Assembly (NCBI RefSeq): GCF_006345805.1 | Contig: NW_021833036.1 | Coordinates: forward strand, 62,001-126,000 | Length of the DNA: 64,000 nucleotides | From: Octopus sinensis | Taxonomy: Eukaryota | Direction: 5' to 3' | Shown: piece by piece, positions 23,935 to 35,545 of the stretch | Layout: each line of letters opens with the position of its first letter | Numbering within the stretch: position 1 is the stretch's first letter | Made by a program: the position numbers and the translations under genes | Notes under the pieces: model-generated | Database searches by the model: none | What the model was told of the DNA's origin: nothing | Seen by the model: only the letters and a program-made list of their open reading frames with translations

Positions 23935-24360
23935 AAGGTGGCGAGCTGGCAGAATCGTTAGCATGCCGGGCGAAATGCTTTGTGGTATTTCGTCCGCCGC
24001 TGCGTTCTGAGTTCAAATTCCGCTAGGTCGACATTGCCTTTCATCCTTTCGGGGTCGATAAATTAAGTACCAGTTACACACAGGGATCAATATAATCGAC
24101 TTAATCCGTTTGTCTGTCCTTGTTTATCCTCTCTGTGTTTAGCCCCTTGTGGGTAGTAAAGAAATAGGTATTTTGTCTGTCGTTACGTTCTGAGTTCAAA
24201 TTCCGCCGAGGTCGACTTTGCCTTTCATCCTTTCGGGATCGATTAAATAAGTACCAGTTACGCACTGGGGTCGATATAATCCGTTTGTCTGTCCTTGTTT
24301 GTCCTCTCTATGTTTAGCCCCTTGTGGGTAGTAAAGAATTAGGTATTTTGTCTGTCTATG
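23935..24360 (+). mobile_element. tRNA-derived SINE-C with duplicated body
   Basis: Head ggcgagctggcagaatcgttagc...gagttcaaattcc; body gactttgcctttcatcctttcggggtcg occurs twice. Confidence 0.85.
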
Positions 24361-24509
24361 AGAAGTCCCCTCACAGAAAATACTGCAGTATTCAATGTTC
24401 TAACACAACATCCACTTTTATGTGGGAGATAAACATTACCTTTTGGTGTTAATAGTATTTTGGTTGCTATTAATTATTTACTACATTTACCACGACCTGT
24501 TCAGGTAAG

Positions 24510-25005
24510 TGAAATTGAAATCGAAATCAAATTCGATGACTGGTATCCGTGCTAGTGGAGCGCTAAGAGTATCATACGAGTGCGATTGTTGCCAGAGCAA
24601 CAAGCTGGCCTCTGTGCCGATGGCATGTAAAAAGCACCATTCGAGCGTGATCGTTACCTGCGTCGCCTTACTGGCACTTGTACTGGTGGCACGTGACAAA
24701 AACATTCGAGCGAGGTCATTGCCAGTGCTGCTTGACTGGCTCCTGTGCCAGTGGCATGTAAAAAGCACCATTTGGGCGTGGCCTTTGCCAGAACCGCCTG
24801 ACTGGCCGTCGTGCCGGTTCACATAAAAGCACCCACTACACTCTCGGAGTGGCTGGCGTTAGGAAGGGCATCCAGCTGTAGAAACACTGCCGGATCAAGG
24901 ATGGAGCCTGGTGCAGCCTCTGGGCTTCCCAGACCCCAGTCGAGCCGTCCAACCCTTGCTAGCTCGGAAAACAGACGTTAAACGATGATGATGATGATGA
25001 TGATA
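24510..25005 (+). mobile_element. RTE-A 3'UTR
   Basis: Ends gttaaacgatgatgatg. Confidence 0.85.
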
Positions 25006-25551
25006 TGTATGTGCGTGTATATGTTTGTGTGTCTGTGTTTGTCCTTCCCAACATCGCTTGACAACCGATGCTGGTGTGTTTACGTACCCGTAACTTAGCA
25101 GTTTGGCAAAAGAGACCGATAGAATAAGTATTAGGCTTACAAAGAATAAGTCCTGGGGGTTGATTCGCTCGACTAAAGGCAGTGCTCCAGCATGGCCACA
25201 GGCAAATGACTGGAACGTGTAAAAGAGTAACAGAAAGCAATCTGAATGTCAAACAGTCAGAATAGAAAATTGGTATCATAGTACTAGTGGCAGTCTTAAG
25301 TAGTTTGGTAGTGGAAGGATTTCAGTTAGTTAATGATAACAATGAAAGCAAATGATCTCTTTGGCTATTCAATTATCTAACTTACCTGTTTACCTGTAAT
25401 TAAGGTGGTTAATGACAACAATAGAAAGTAAGCGATCTCCATTACTAAGGCGGTGCTTAACATGTTATTCAGTTTCTAGCTGACAAAATGACTGGCAGGA
25501 CAGATTACATGGCCATCTTGATTGCAAAATAAACAGTTTAGTGTCCTGACG

Positions 25552-25599
<48 letters not shown>

Positions 25600-25805
25600 G
25601 TGTGTGTGTGTATGTATATATATATATATATATATATATAGCTATATGGTTTCGGGTTCAGTCCCACTTCGTGGCACTTTGGGTAGGTGTCTTCCACTAT
25701 AGCCCCGAGCCGACCGGAGCTTTGTGATTGAATTCGGTAGGTGGAAGTTACTGCCGTGTGTGTATGTGTACGTATAGCTGCTCAGTGCCTCTCCGAAAGA
25801 GAGAG

Positions 25806-25857
<52 letters not shown>

Positions 25858-26076
25858 GTATGTATGTATGTATGTATATATATATAAAGTTAATCCAAAC
25901 ATGAAAACACAAAGAGAAAACACAACGCGAGGACGTGGAACAAATATAGTGTTATTGGACGCTCAAGAAAGGAAAGAAAGGAGGGGGGTTTAACGTTTCG
26001 AGCAGAGCTCTTCGTTGGAAACATAGGAGAAGGAAAGATCCAGAGAAGGGAATACAGAGGAAAATAAATCATCGTG

Positions 26077-26412
26077 AAGGCACATGGCTCAGTGGTTAGA
26101 GCGTCGAGCTTACGATCGTGAGGTTGTGAGCTTGAATCCTGGACCGGGCCGTGTTTTGTGTTCTTGAGCAAGACACTTTATTTCACGTTGCTCCAGTTCA
26201 CTCAGCTGTAGAAATGAGTTGCGACGTCACAGGTGCCAAGCTGTATCGGCCCCTTTGCTTTTCCCTTGGATAACATTGGTGGCGTGGAGAGGGGAGGCCG
26301 GTATGCATGGGCGACTGCTGGTCTTCCATAAAGAAACTTGCCCAGACTTGTGCCTCGGATGATAACTTTCTAGGTGCAATCCCATGGTCAGTGTCATGAC
26401 CGAATGGGGTCA
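26077..26412 (+). mobile_element. tRNA-derived SINE-E
   Basis: A-box TGGCTCAGTGG; second copy at 45777-46100. Confidence 0.85.
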
Positions 26413-26515
26413 CAAATAAAAATATATATATATTAGGGAGTATAACTCCAAACTTACAGAGTAACAGGTTTTGTTGAATTTTCTGCTGCTTTAAATAAAG
26501 TATATATGTAATTAT

Positions 26516-26564
<49 letters not shown>

Positions 26565-26571
<7 letters not shown>

Positions 26572-27487
26572 AGTTATTGATAAAGACAGATCATCCACTA
26601 CAGATGATGACCAAATCAAGTCATTAATTGAGAATAACCTACATTGCACAATCCGAGAATTGGCAGAAAGCTTCAACCTATCAAAATCCGTCGTTCATGA
26701 GCACCTGGTAAAATTTGGGTACACAAATTGCTACGAGTTTGGGTACCACATGAGTTGAGTGAGAAGAACCTTTTGGATTGCATTTCCATCTGTGATTCGC
26801 TTTATAAACGGAATGAAAACGCACCTTTTTTAAAGCAAATTGTGACAGGTGATGAGAAATGGATTATCTACCGAAGTGTTCAGAGATAGCGATCCTGGAG
26901 TAAGCGACATGAGCCACCCTTAGCCACCCCAAAAGCGGGTCTTCACCTTAAAAAAGTCTTGCTTTGTGTCTGGTGGGATTGGAAAGGAATTCTGTACTAT
27001 GAGCTTCTCCCAAGTAACCAGACAATTAATTCTGAGAAATATTGCACACAACTGGACGAGTTAAAAGCAGCAATTCAAGAGAAACGTCCACAATTGGCCA
27101 ACAGGAAGGGTATTGTTTTCCAACACCATAATGCAAGACCACACGTTTCTTTGGGAACCAGACAAAAATTGTTGCATCTCGGCTGGGTTGTGTTACCCCA
27201 CCCTCCATATTCACCAGATATTGCTCCTTCAGATTTCCACTTATTCAGGTCTCTGCAGAATAGTCTTAATGGTAAAAATTTCAATTCCTTGGATGACGTA
27301 AAAAGATACCTTGATGAATTCTTTGCCATGAAACCACCTCAGTTCTGGGAAGAGGGTATTTTCAAGTTAAGGAAAGATGGAGACGCATTGTGCAACAAAA
27401 TAGTTCATATTTGATTGATTAAAAATGTAATGGCAAGTATTTATTGACCTTTTTCTTTCCTTTAAAAATCGGCACGATCTTTCCGGA
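26565..27487 (+). mobile_element. Decayed mariner (DD34D) transposase
   Basis: Motifs TGDEKW, LCVWWD, HHNARPH (Asp changed to His) and PYSPDIAPSDFHLF, with stops and frameshifts; probable TIR remnant aaaaatcggcacgatctttccgga at ~27463-27487. Confidence 0.93.
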
Positions 27488-27569
27488 TTGTGAAATTTGA
27501 TTTAATACTAAATTGAATTTTTCCCTGTAAGTTTGGAGTTATACTCCCTAATATTTTTATTATTATATA

Positions 27570-27840
27570 TATCTATTATATAAAATCCGTTCTGTCTGTC
27601 TGTGTGTGTGTCTTCTAGGATCTTGGACATCCTTCATCCAATTGCACTCAAATTTAATATGTAGATACCGATGGTATCAGGGCATGTATAAGTCTTGTAA
27701 AAATAACAAAATTCGATTCCAGGTGAGAGTGTGATTGATAAAGCTGTGGGAACGTGCATTTGTATGTGCAAATACATCAGCTGTTGCAATTGATACTACA
27801 AGTATGCGCAAAAAATGCACGGTGTCTCAAATTTAGGCGA
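27570..27840 (+). mobile_element. Helitron-like 5' fragment (family Hel-I)
   Basis: TCTATTATATAAAATCCGTTCTGTCTGTC start; related copy at 44995-45180. Confidence 0.6.
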
Positions 27841-27959
27841 AATCAGTGTTTCTCAAAGGGGAGACCTATGGACGGTCGGACAAATTGCTTTTTGAGAAAA
27901 TTTGGTTTAAATGTTTGACAACTCAGCACTGTCTATTGGACGGGAGTGGGGCATTTTGC

Positions 27960-28535
27960 TCGTATATATATATGTTTGTGTCTGTGCGTGTCCCTCACCA
28001 TCTCTTGACCACCGATGTTGATGTGTTTACGTCCCCTTAACTTAGCGGTTCGGCAAAAGAGAACGATGGAATAAGTCCTGGGTCGATTGGTTCGACTAAA
28101 GGCAGTGCTCCAGCATGGCCGCAGTCAAATGACTGAAACAAGTAAAAGAAAAGAATAAAAGAATGTATATATATAGGCGCAGGAGTGGCTGTGTGGTAAG
28201 TAGCTTGTTTACCAACCGCATGGTTCCGGGTTCAGTCCCACTTCGTGGCACCTTGGGCAAGTGTCTTCTACTATAGCCTCGGGCTGACCAAAGCCTTGTG
28301 AGTGGATTTGGTAGACGGAAACTGAAAGAAGCCCGTCGATATATATGTATATGTATGTGTGTGTTTGTGTGTCTGTGTTTGTCCCCCTAGCATTGCTTGA
28401 CAACCGATGCTGGTGTGTTTATGTCCCCGTTACTTAGCAGTTCGGCAAAAGAGATCAATAGAATAAGTACTGGGCTTACAAAAGAATAAGTCCCGGGGTC
28501 GAGTTGCTCGACTAAAGGTGGTGCTCCAGCATGGC
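27960..28535 (+). mobile_element. SINE-B tail plus SINE-B
   Basis: Sequence identity with other copies. Confidence 0.85.
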
Positions 28536-28574
28536 CTGAAAAATTACGCTGTGTAGAAGATGGGGGTAGGTAAA

Positions 28575-28821
28575 ACTTCTCCACTCAATTACATGTATGT
28601 ATGTATGTGTGTATGTGTATGTGTGTGTGTATGTGTATGTGTGTATGTATGTGTGTATGTGTATGTGTGTGTGTATGTGTATGTGTGTATGTCATGTGGT
28701 ATGTATGTATGTGTATGTGTGTATGTGTGTGTGTATGTGTATGTGTGTATGTGTGTGTGTGTATGTGTATGTGTGTATGTATGTGTGTATGTATGTATGT
28801 ATGTATGTATGTATGTATGTA

Positions 28822-28861
<40 letters not shown>

Positions 28862-28893
28862 TGTGTATGTGTGTGTGTATGTGTGTGTGTGTC
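28575..28893. repeat. (TG)n/(TATG)n microsatellite
   Basis: Direct reading. Confidence 0.95.
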
Positions 28894-28964
28894 ATAATGG
28901 GTCAACAACGTGGCAAAGGAGAAGTTGTCTTCCTTCGTAGATTCTCAAAAGTCTTGAATTAAAA

Positions 28965-29788
28965 GTTAATGAAAAGGAAGAGAGAGTAAGCAGGGAAGAG
29001 AGAGGGGGAGAAAGTGAGGGAGAAAGTGAGAGGATGAGAGGAAAAGGGAGTGAGAGGAAGAGGAGTGAGCGATAGAATAGAACGGAATGAGAGGGAGAGA
29101 GAGAGGAATCAGATTGTGAAAAGGAGGAAGTGTGAGAGAGGAAGGGAAGAGAGAAATAGAGTGAAGAAGAAAGAGGGAGAGAAAGACAGAGCATAAGAGG
29201 CAGTATGAGGGGGAGTGAGAGAGTAAGAGAAAGAGAGATATAGAGTGAAGAAGAAACAGGGAGAGGAAGACAGAGCATAAGAGGCAGTATGAGGGGGAGT
29301 GAGAGAGTAATACAGAAACGGAGATAGAAAGCGTATGAGAGAAAGACACAGTATGAGGGGGGAAATGCCTGGAGACAGAGTAAAATAGAAAGAGAGAGAG
29401 AGAAAGAAAGAGTAAGACAGAAACGGAGATAGAAAGTCAGCGTATGAGAGGAAGAGACAGTATGAGGGAGGGAATGACTGGAGACAGAGTAAGACAGAAA
29501 GGGAGATAGAAAGCGTACGAGAGGAAGAGACAGTATGAGGGGAAAATAACTGGAGACAGAGTAAGACAGAAAGGGAGATAGAAAGCGTATGAGAGGAAGA
29601 GACAGTATGAGGGGGAAATAACTGGAGACAGAGTAAGAGACATTATGAGGGAGGAATAACTGGTGACAGAGTGAGGCAGAAAGGGAGATAGAAAGCGTAT
29701 GAGAGGAAGAGACAGTATGAGGGGGGAACGACAGGAGACAGAGTAAGACAGAAGGAGAAGAGTGAAGGAGGGAGAGAGTGAGAGGTAA
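28965..29788. repeat. Purine-rich block with 72-bp minisatellite immediately upstream of the GORAB ATG
   Basis: Unit starts at 29481, 29553 and 29625 (period 72), with degenerate copies either side. Confidence 0.88.
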
Positions 29789-29789
29789 A

Positions 29790-29862
29790 ATGGCTGACTG
29801 GGGTGGATTTACTGAGGATGATCTTCGCCAACTTTCCTACCCGTTACCCAGGAGTGATTCAG
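29790..29862 (+). CDS. GORAB: GORAB exon 1 (MADWGGFTEDDLRQLSYPLPRSDS)
   Basis: ATG at 29790 with an in-frame upstream TGA at 29763; donor CAG|GTAGAA, phase 1. Matches the remembered GORAB N-terminal W-x-GF(S/T)E(E/D)(E/D)LR-x-L motif. Confidence 0.88.
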
Positions 29863-30029
29863 GTAGAAAAAGAAATGTCTACCCGTCTTTCTAATTCTTC
29901 GATTAGCTTTTTTGTTTGTTTGTTTTATTTGTGATTATCGTTGTTTTTTTTTTCGTTGATTCTTTTCTGATCTTTATTGATTTTCGCTCTTGTTTTTAAC
30001 GTGTCAAACTTGGGCAAAACTTTTGTGCG

Positions 30030-30603
30030 TGCGTGTGTGTGTGTGTACGTTTATGTATATGTGGGTGTGTGTGTGTGATTCTGTGTATGTGGGTGTGTAC
30101 GTTTATGTGTGTGTGTATGATTCTGTATATGTGTGTGTGTGTGTGTGTCAATGGTCGTGTGTGTGTGTGTGGGTATATACCTTTATGTGTGTGTGTGTGT
30201 GTGATTCTGTGTATTTGAGTGTGTATACGCATATATATGTGTGTGTGTGTTGTGTGTCAAGTTCGTGTGTGGTGTGGTGTGTGTATTGCTGTTGTAGTTT
30301 GAGTGTGTGTGTGTGTCAAAGGATTGTTGAGGTGTGTGTGTGAGTATATACCTTTATGTATGTGTGTGTGTGTGTATGATTCTGTGTATGTGGGTGTGTA
30401 TACGCATATATATGTGTGTGTGTCAATGGTCGTGTGTGTGTGAGTATATACCTTTATGTGTGTGTGTATGATTCTGTGTATGTGAGTATGTATACGAATG
30501 TGTATACGCGTATATATATATATGTATGTGTGTGTCTGTTTGTCAATGGTTGTGCGTGTGAGTGTATATGCGGGAAATGTACACGTGTGTGTACGTGACT
30601 GGG

Positions 30604-30647
<44 letters not shown>

Positions 30648-30780
30648 GTGTGTGTGGTGTGTATGTATGTATGTGTGTGTGTGTGTATGTATGTATGTTT
30701 GTGTGTGTGTGGTGTGTGTATGTATGTATGTTAGTGTGTGTATATTTGTGTGTCAGTGTATACGTGAATATGTGTGTGCT
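30030..30780. repeat. Compound (TG)n-rich microsatellite in GORAB intron 1
   Basis: Direct reading. Confidence 0.93.
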
Positions 30781-31040
30781 TCCTAACTTTGTTGTTGTCA
30801 ACCTCGATCCATTCGTCCGTCAGATCTACGCTCAAACACGTTCCACATGTGGCAACCACACCATAATGTATATATATTGGCACCTCACACATTATATATA
30901 CCACACTACACAATCCAAACATGTCCTTCCATGTCATTATCGCCTAGTCACGACTAACCCAACTTACAAGACCTAAATAATCAAAAGGCGTCCCGATCTT
31001 GACCACCACGCCCTCTTTTACTATTTATATTTAGATATTT

Positions 31041-31214
31041 GGCGATCTTTCGTCTCTAGTAGACCTTTCCGTCGATTTCCGTAAAAAACATTTTTTTTTT
31101 TACATATGGGCTTGCGGGAACTTTTGAAGTAACGAGAGCGAAAGAGACTAAGAGAAAGCGATTGTATGACGAGGGAAGTTCTTTTGAAGTTACCCTGCAT
31201 GGGAAGCATTGATG

Positions 31215-31254
<40 letters not shown>

Positions 31255-31345
31255 CTTCAAAAGTTCCCGCAAGCCCATATGTAAAAAAAAAAAAATATTT
31301 TTTACGGAAATCGACGGAAAGGTCTACTAGAGACGAAAGATTGCC
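31041..31345. mobile_element. Long-TIR MITE (Merlin-like), copy 1
   Basis: ~90-bp TIRs starting GGCGATC; 8-bp TSD AGATATTT at 31033-31040 and 31346-31353. Confidence 0.85.
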
Positions 31346-31789
31346 AGATATTTATTTATTCGTTACACTTTCAGACCTGGTCTGTCTAAGACTTTTTACT
31401 TCTAAAACTTTTATAAGATTTAGCTGATATTTCTAGCACTCAGGGTGATCACGTAAGAAGAAGGGCTTCCTTCCTCTTTTAGACTCGCTTGACATTCTTC
31501 AGAGTTGGTTCTGTGGTGCTTTGAAAGAAATGGTAAGTGCATTTGGTTGGGTTCTGTAGGAAAGGATGAAAGCCACTTCATCACATGTAGATTTTCAAGT
31601 TGTTGAATGAGTGTTCATCGTTCTGTTATACGCGCTTTGATTTTTATTAATCTGGATAATGATTAAATTGTGCTAATTAACTTAATTACTTCTGCAGTGT
31701 TTACGTACTCTTTGCCTCTCTTGCCTACAGCACACGCGCATATATACATTGCATAACTACAGTTTGATGCCCCATCAGAAATGTATCTC

Positions 31790-32190
31790 TTTCTCTTTTC
31801 TCTTTTAGTTGTTTCAGTCATTTGACTGCGGCCATGCTGGAGCACCGCCTTTAGTCGAGCAAATCGACCCCCCAGGACTTATTCTTTGTAAGCCCAGTAC
31901 TTATTCTGTCGGCCTCTTTTTGCCAAACCGCTAAGTAACGGGGACGTAAACACACCAGCATCGGTTGTCAAGCAATGCTAAGGTGACAAACACAGACACA
32001 CAAACATATACACACACACTTATATATACATATATACGACAGGCTTCTTTCAGTTTCCGTCTACCAAATCCACTCACAAGGCATTGATCGGCCCGAGGCT
32101 ATAGCAAAAGACACTTGCCCAAGATGCCACGCAGTGGGACTGAACCCGGAACCATGTGGTTGGTTAGCAAGCTACTTACCACACAGCCAC
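31790..32190 (-). mobile_element. SINE-B
   Basis: Near full-length copy. Confidence 0.9.
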
Positions 32191-32600
32191 TCTATATTTA
32201 TTAACGAAATTTTGCAAGAATACGTTTTCAAGTGTGTAAATTACGATTATGTTAATACAATTTAGAAGACAAAATAAAAATTTGTCCTCTTGGAGGAGCT
32301 TCGAATTGTTCTCCTGATTTCGTTTTCATTTACCATTTTTCAAATTGGGTTGTTTTTCTTCCGAATTTCTATGTTTAAAACAGCATCCCGTAATGTACAC
32401 TGGATCTATTCAATTTGACGGCCAAACTTTTTAATTCATTTTTTTTTTTTTAACTAAACACTTTGAAACTTCGGATACTTGTAGAATGTAGATCCTGTTG
32501 ACTTTCGAAAGCGTATCTCTGCAAAATTTTATTAATAAAGATCATACGTTCTTGAGGAAGCAATATCGTTGGGGCACCGAACTGTAGTTCTCTCTCTCTC

Positions 32601-32636
<36 letters not shown>

Positions 32637-32788
32637 AATATGTTACATTACTCGATAGTCAAGATAAATTGTTTTAACTTGACTATCGAGTAATGTAACA
32701 TATTATTGTATAGATAAATTTCCACTATTTACATAATATTGAGGTCTCTTTCTTTCTTTTGTTATCTTACCGTTTTACCAATATATAC

Positions 32789-32822
<34 letters not shown>

Positions 32823-33388
32823 ATGCATGCATGTATATATATATATATATATGTGTGTGTGTGGTAAAGTTGTCGAATCTGTACTTAACCATGACCTCCA
32901 CTGCAAAACGGGGTCTTCATAGAAACGACATATTGGAACCAAAACAAAAATTCTACAAAAATATGATGTTTTATTGTTTACAGAGTATACTATAAAACAG
33001 TAATTAAATAAGTTTAATTTACTTAATTAGTCGGCATTCTTTCGTAGTTAGTCTTACTAATCACAGGATCCTTCATTGGTTCATAAAGTATTATTTATAC
33101 TACACGTGTTGACTCAGAATGTCTACGAAAGTTCTAAGATGCGCTGTGCCTTATTTCTGTAAAATGGTAAAAACTATCGAATCTGTGCATGGAACCGGGA
33201 ATGGCTTCAACACGCTGTAGAATCGGCCTCCGATAGGCGTGTATGAGTGTCCTTTGACCCATGACGCGGTGAACTCAATAGGAACCGGCTTAATCCCTTC
33301 CGGGTGAATACCCGTTACGAGGCAAGACAAGACACGCTGATATGGAAAAGTACAGGTCCGAAAGTCTTGACACCACCTATAAATATTG

Positions 33389-33815
33389 GGCGATCTTTCG
33401 TCTCTAGTAGACCTTTCCGTCGATTTCCGTAAAAAAAATTTTTTTTTTTTTACATATGGGCTTGCGGGAACTTTTGAAGTAATATACATACATATACACA
33501 TACACCGAGTAAAAAATTTCAGTTATCTCTTTCTTTCACACATTACTCTGTCTCTTCACACACACTAGCACTTCACTTACACAACATACTGTCTGTCTCC
33601 CACACCTCATCAAACACACACACACGCACGCACACACTCATGTACATCAATGCTCCCATGCACGGTAACTTTAAAAGAACTTCCCTCGTCATAAAATCGC
33701 TTTCTCTTAGTCTCTTTCGCTCTCATTACTTCAAAAGTTCCCGCAAGCCCATATGTAAAAAAAAAATTTTTTTACGGAAATCGACGGAAAGGTCTACTGG
33801 AGACGAAAGATTGCC
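33389..33815. mobile_element. Long-TIR MITE (Merlin-like), copy 2, opposite orientation
   Basis: Same TIRs; 8-bp TSD AAATATTG at 33381-33388 and 33816-33823. Confidence 0.85.
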
Positions 33816-33839
33816 AAATATTGTTTTTATTTTCTATTA

Positions 33840-35080
33840 TCAAGGAGACAGTTTCAGACACCCATAAAAGTATTAACCATCTTACTAACAATAACTCTGA
33901 GCACCTTTTCAAACTCCACCCGTCTAACACCCGTGGACATGTTTACAAAGTCAGAAAACAGCACAGCTCTCATGACTTTCGGAAACATTTTTTCACGCTA
34001 AGAGTTGCTGAAGCATGGAACAAACTGCCAGCATCAGTTATTACTTGTCGGAGCACTGCATCCTTCAGAACTTCCATGCTTCCTGAGATTCGCCAACACT
34101 ACACCTGATTTTCTCCCCTCCATACACACGCAAGCATGTATCTGACAACCAAGAGAATACCCTCCATCAGGCATTTGCCATATTCTGAACGACTTACTTC
34201 TCTGGGCATGGATTCATTGAAACTCCGACGTCTGGCAGCTGACTTGGCAGATACACATAAAATTATTAACCATCTTACAAACAATAACTCTGAACACCTT
34301 TTCAAACTCCACCTGTCTAACACCCGTGGACATATTTACAAAGTCAGAAAACAGCACAGCTCCCATGACTTTAGGAAACATTTTTTCATGCTAAGAGTTG
34401 CCGAAGCATGGAACAAACTGCCAGCATCAGTTGTTACTTGTCGGAGCACTGCATCCTTCAAAACTTCCATGCTTCCTGAGATTCGCCAACACTACACCTG
34501 ATTTTCTCCCCTCCATACACACACAAGCATGTATCTGACTCATACACTGTTCACCTCCCAGACATTTGTATATTACTGCATATGCTTTATATGCACTTTT
34601 GACAAGTTGTGGTACACCTGAGCACTCTCTTTACTCTTTTACTCTCTTTTACTTGTTTCAGTTATTTGACTGCGGCCATGCTGGAGCACCGCCTTTAGTC
34701 GAGCAAATCGACCCCGGAACTTATTCTTTGTAAGCCCAGTACTTATTCTATCGGTCTTTTTTGCCGAACCGCTAAGTGACGGGGACGTAAACACACCAGC
34801 ATCGGTTGTCAAGCAATGCTAGGGAGACAAACACAGACACACAAACACACACGCACATACATATATATATATACATATATACGACAGGCTTCTTTCAGTT
34901 TCCGTCTACAAAATCCACTCACAAGGCATTGGTCGGCCCGGGGCTATAGCAGAAGACACTTGCCCAAGATGCCACGCAGTGGGACTGAACCCGGAACCAT
35001 GTGGTTGGTTAGCAAGCTACTTACCACACAGCCACTCCTGCGCCTGTATACAATAATCTCATTATTATTATTATTATTAT
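33840..35080 (+). mobile_element. CR1-like LINE 3' end, tandemly duplicated, with its tail interrupted by SINE-B
   Basis: YSERLTSLGMDSLKLRRL...NTRGH...FF-x-LRVAEAWNKLP is present twice (partly). The terminus gagcact|gtatacaat...(ATT)n is split by the SINE at 34626-35043. Confidence 0.85.
34626..35043 (-). mobile_element. SINE-B nested in CR1 tail
   Basis: Full-length copy. Confidence 0.9.
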
Positions 35081-35315
35081 TGAGTGAGAGAGCAGTGCAT
35101 GCCATCAAAGTGACACTGGGGTAAAGTATACGAAGCCCAATATACCCATCATGACTACCCGTCTGATAAGGGTACACCAGGCACATGCATCACAACCATA
35201 TGTGCACGACATGGTGATCTCATAACAGCACATCACCTTGCAGGTGGGGCCCAGTTAGAATTTTTTTCTGGACGAGTAGCCCATCCTGCTCAAAAGGTCC
35301 CTGAATAAGGGTTGT
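35080..35315 (-). mobile_element. 3' end of (AAT)n-tailed non-LTR element (family J)
   Basis: Reverse complement of 58530-58800; shares the ATT tract with the CR1 tail. Confidence 0.75.
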
Positions 35316-35545
35316 TTGGTATTTTGGTTTTAGGGCCTCAATTCTGTCGTGGTGGTCAGGTCATCTCGAGTACAACGATGCTCCACAGATCTCGATTCTC
35401 TGTCGTCGAATTTGTAAGGTTCAACATTTTGAGATCAACTGTCAGTACTTCATCCTATGTTTTCCTGGGGCTCCCTCTTTTGTATACCCATCTATCACCC
35501 CTATCACTGCCTTCCTTTTATCTCCGTCAGCTGTATATCTCCTCT

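Noticed and set aside
26522-27414. Functional or domesticated transposase (SETMAR-like)
   Set aside because: Multiple stops and frameshifts, catalytic Asp replaced (HHNARPH), 5' end lost in a TA microsatellite, and no SET domain exon seen.
30731-30937. Minus-strand ORF ...DLTDEWIEVDNNKV...
   Set aside because: No convincing splice donor and no recognisable homology; it runs into a microsatellite.
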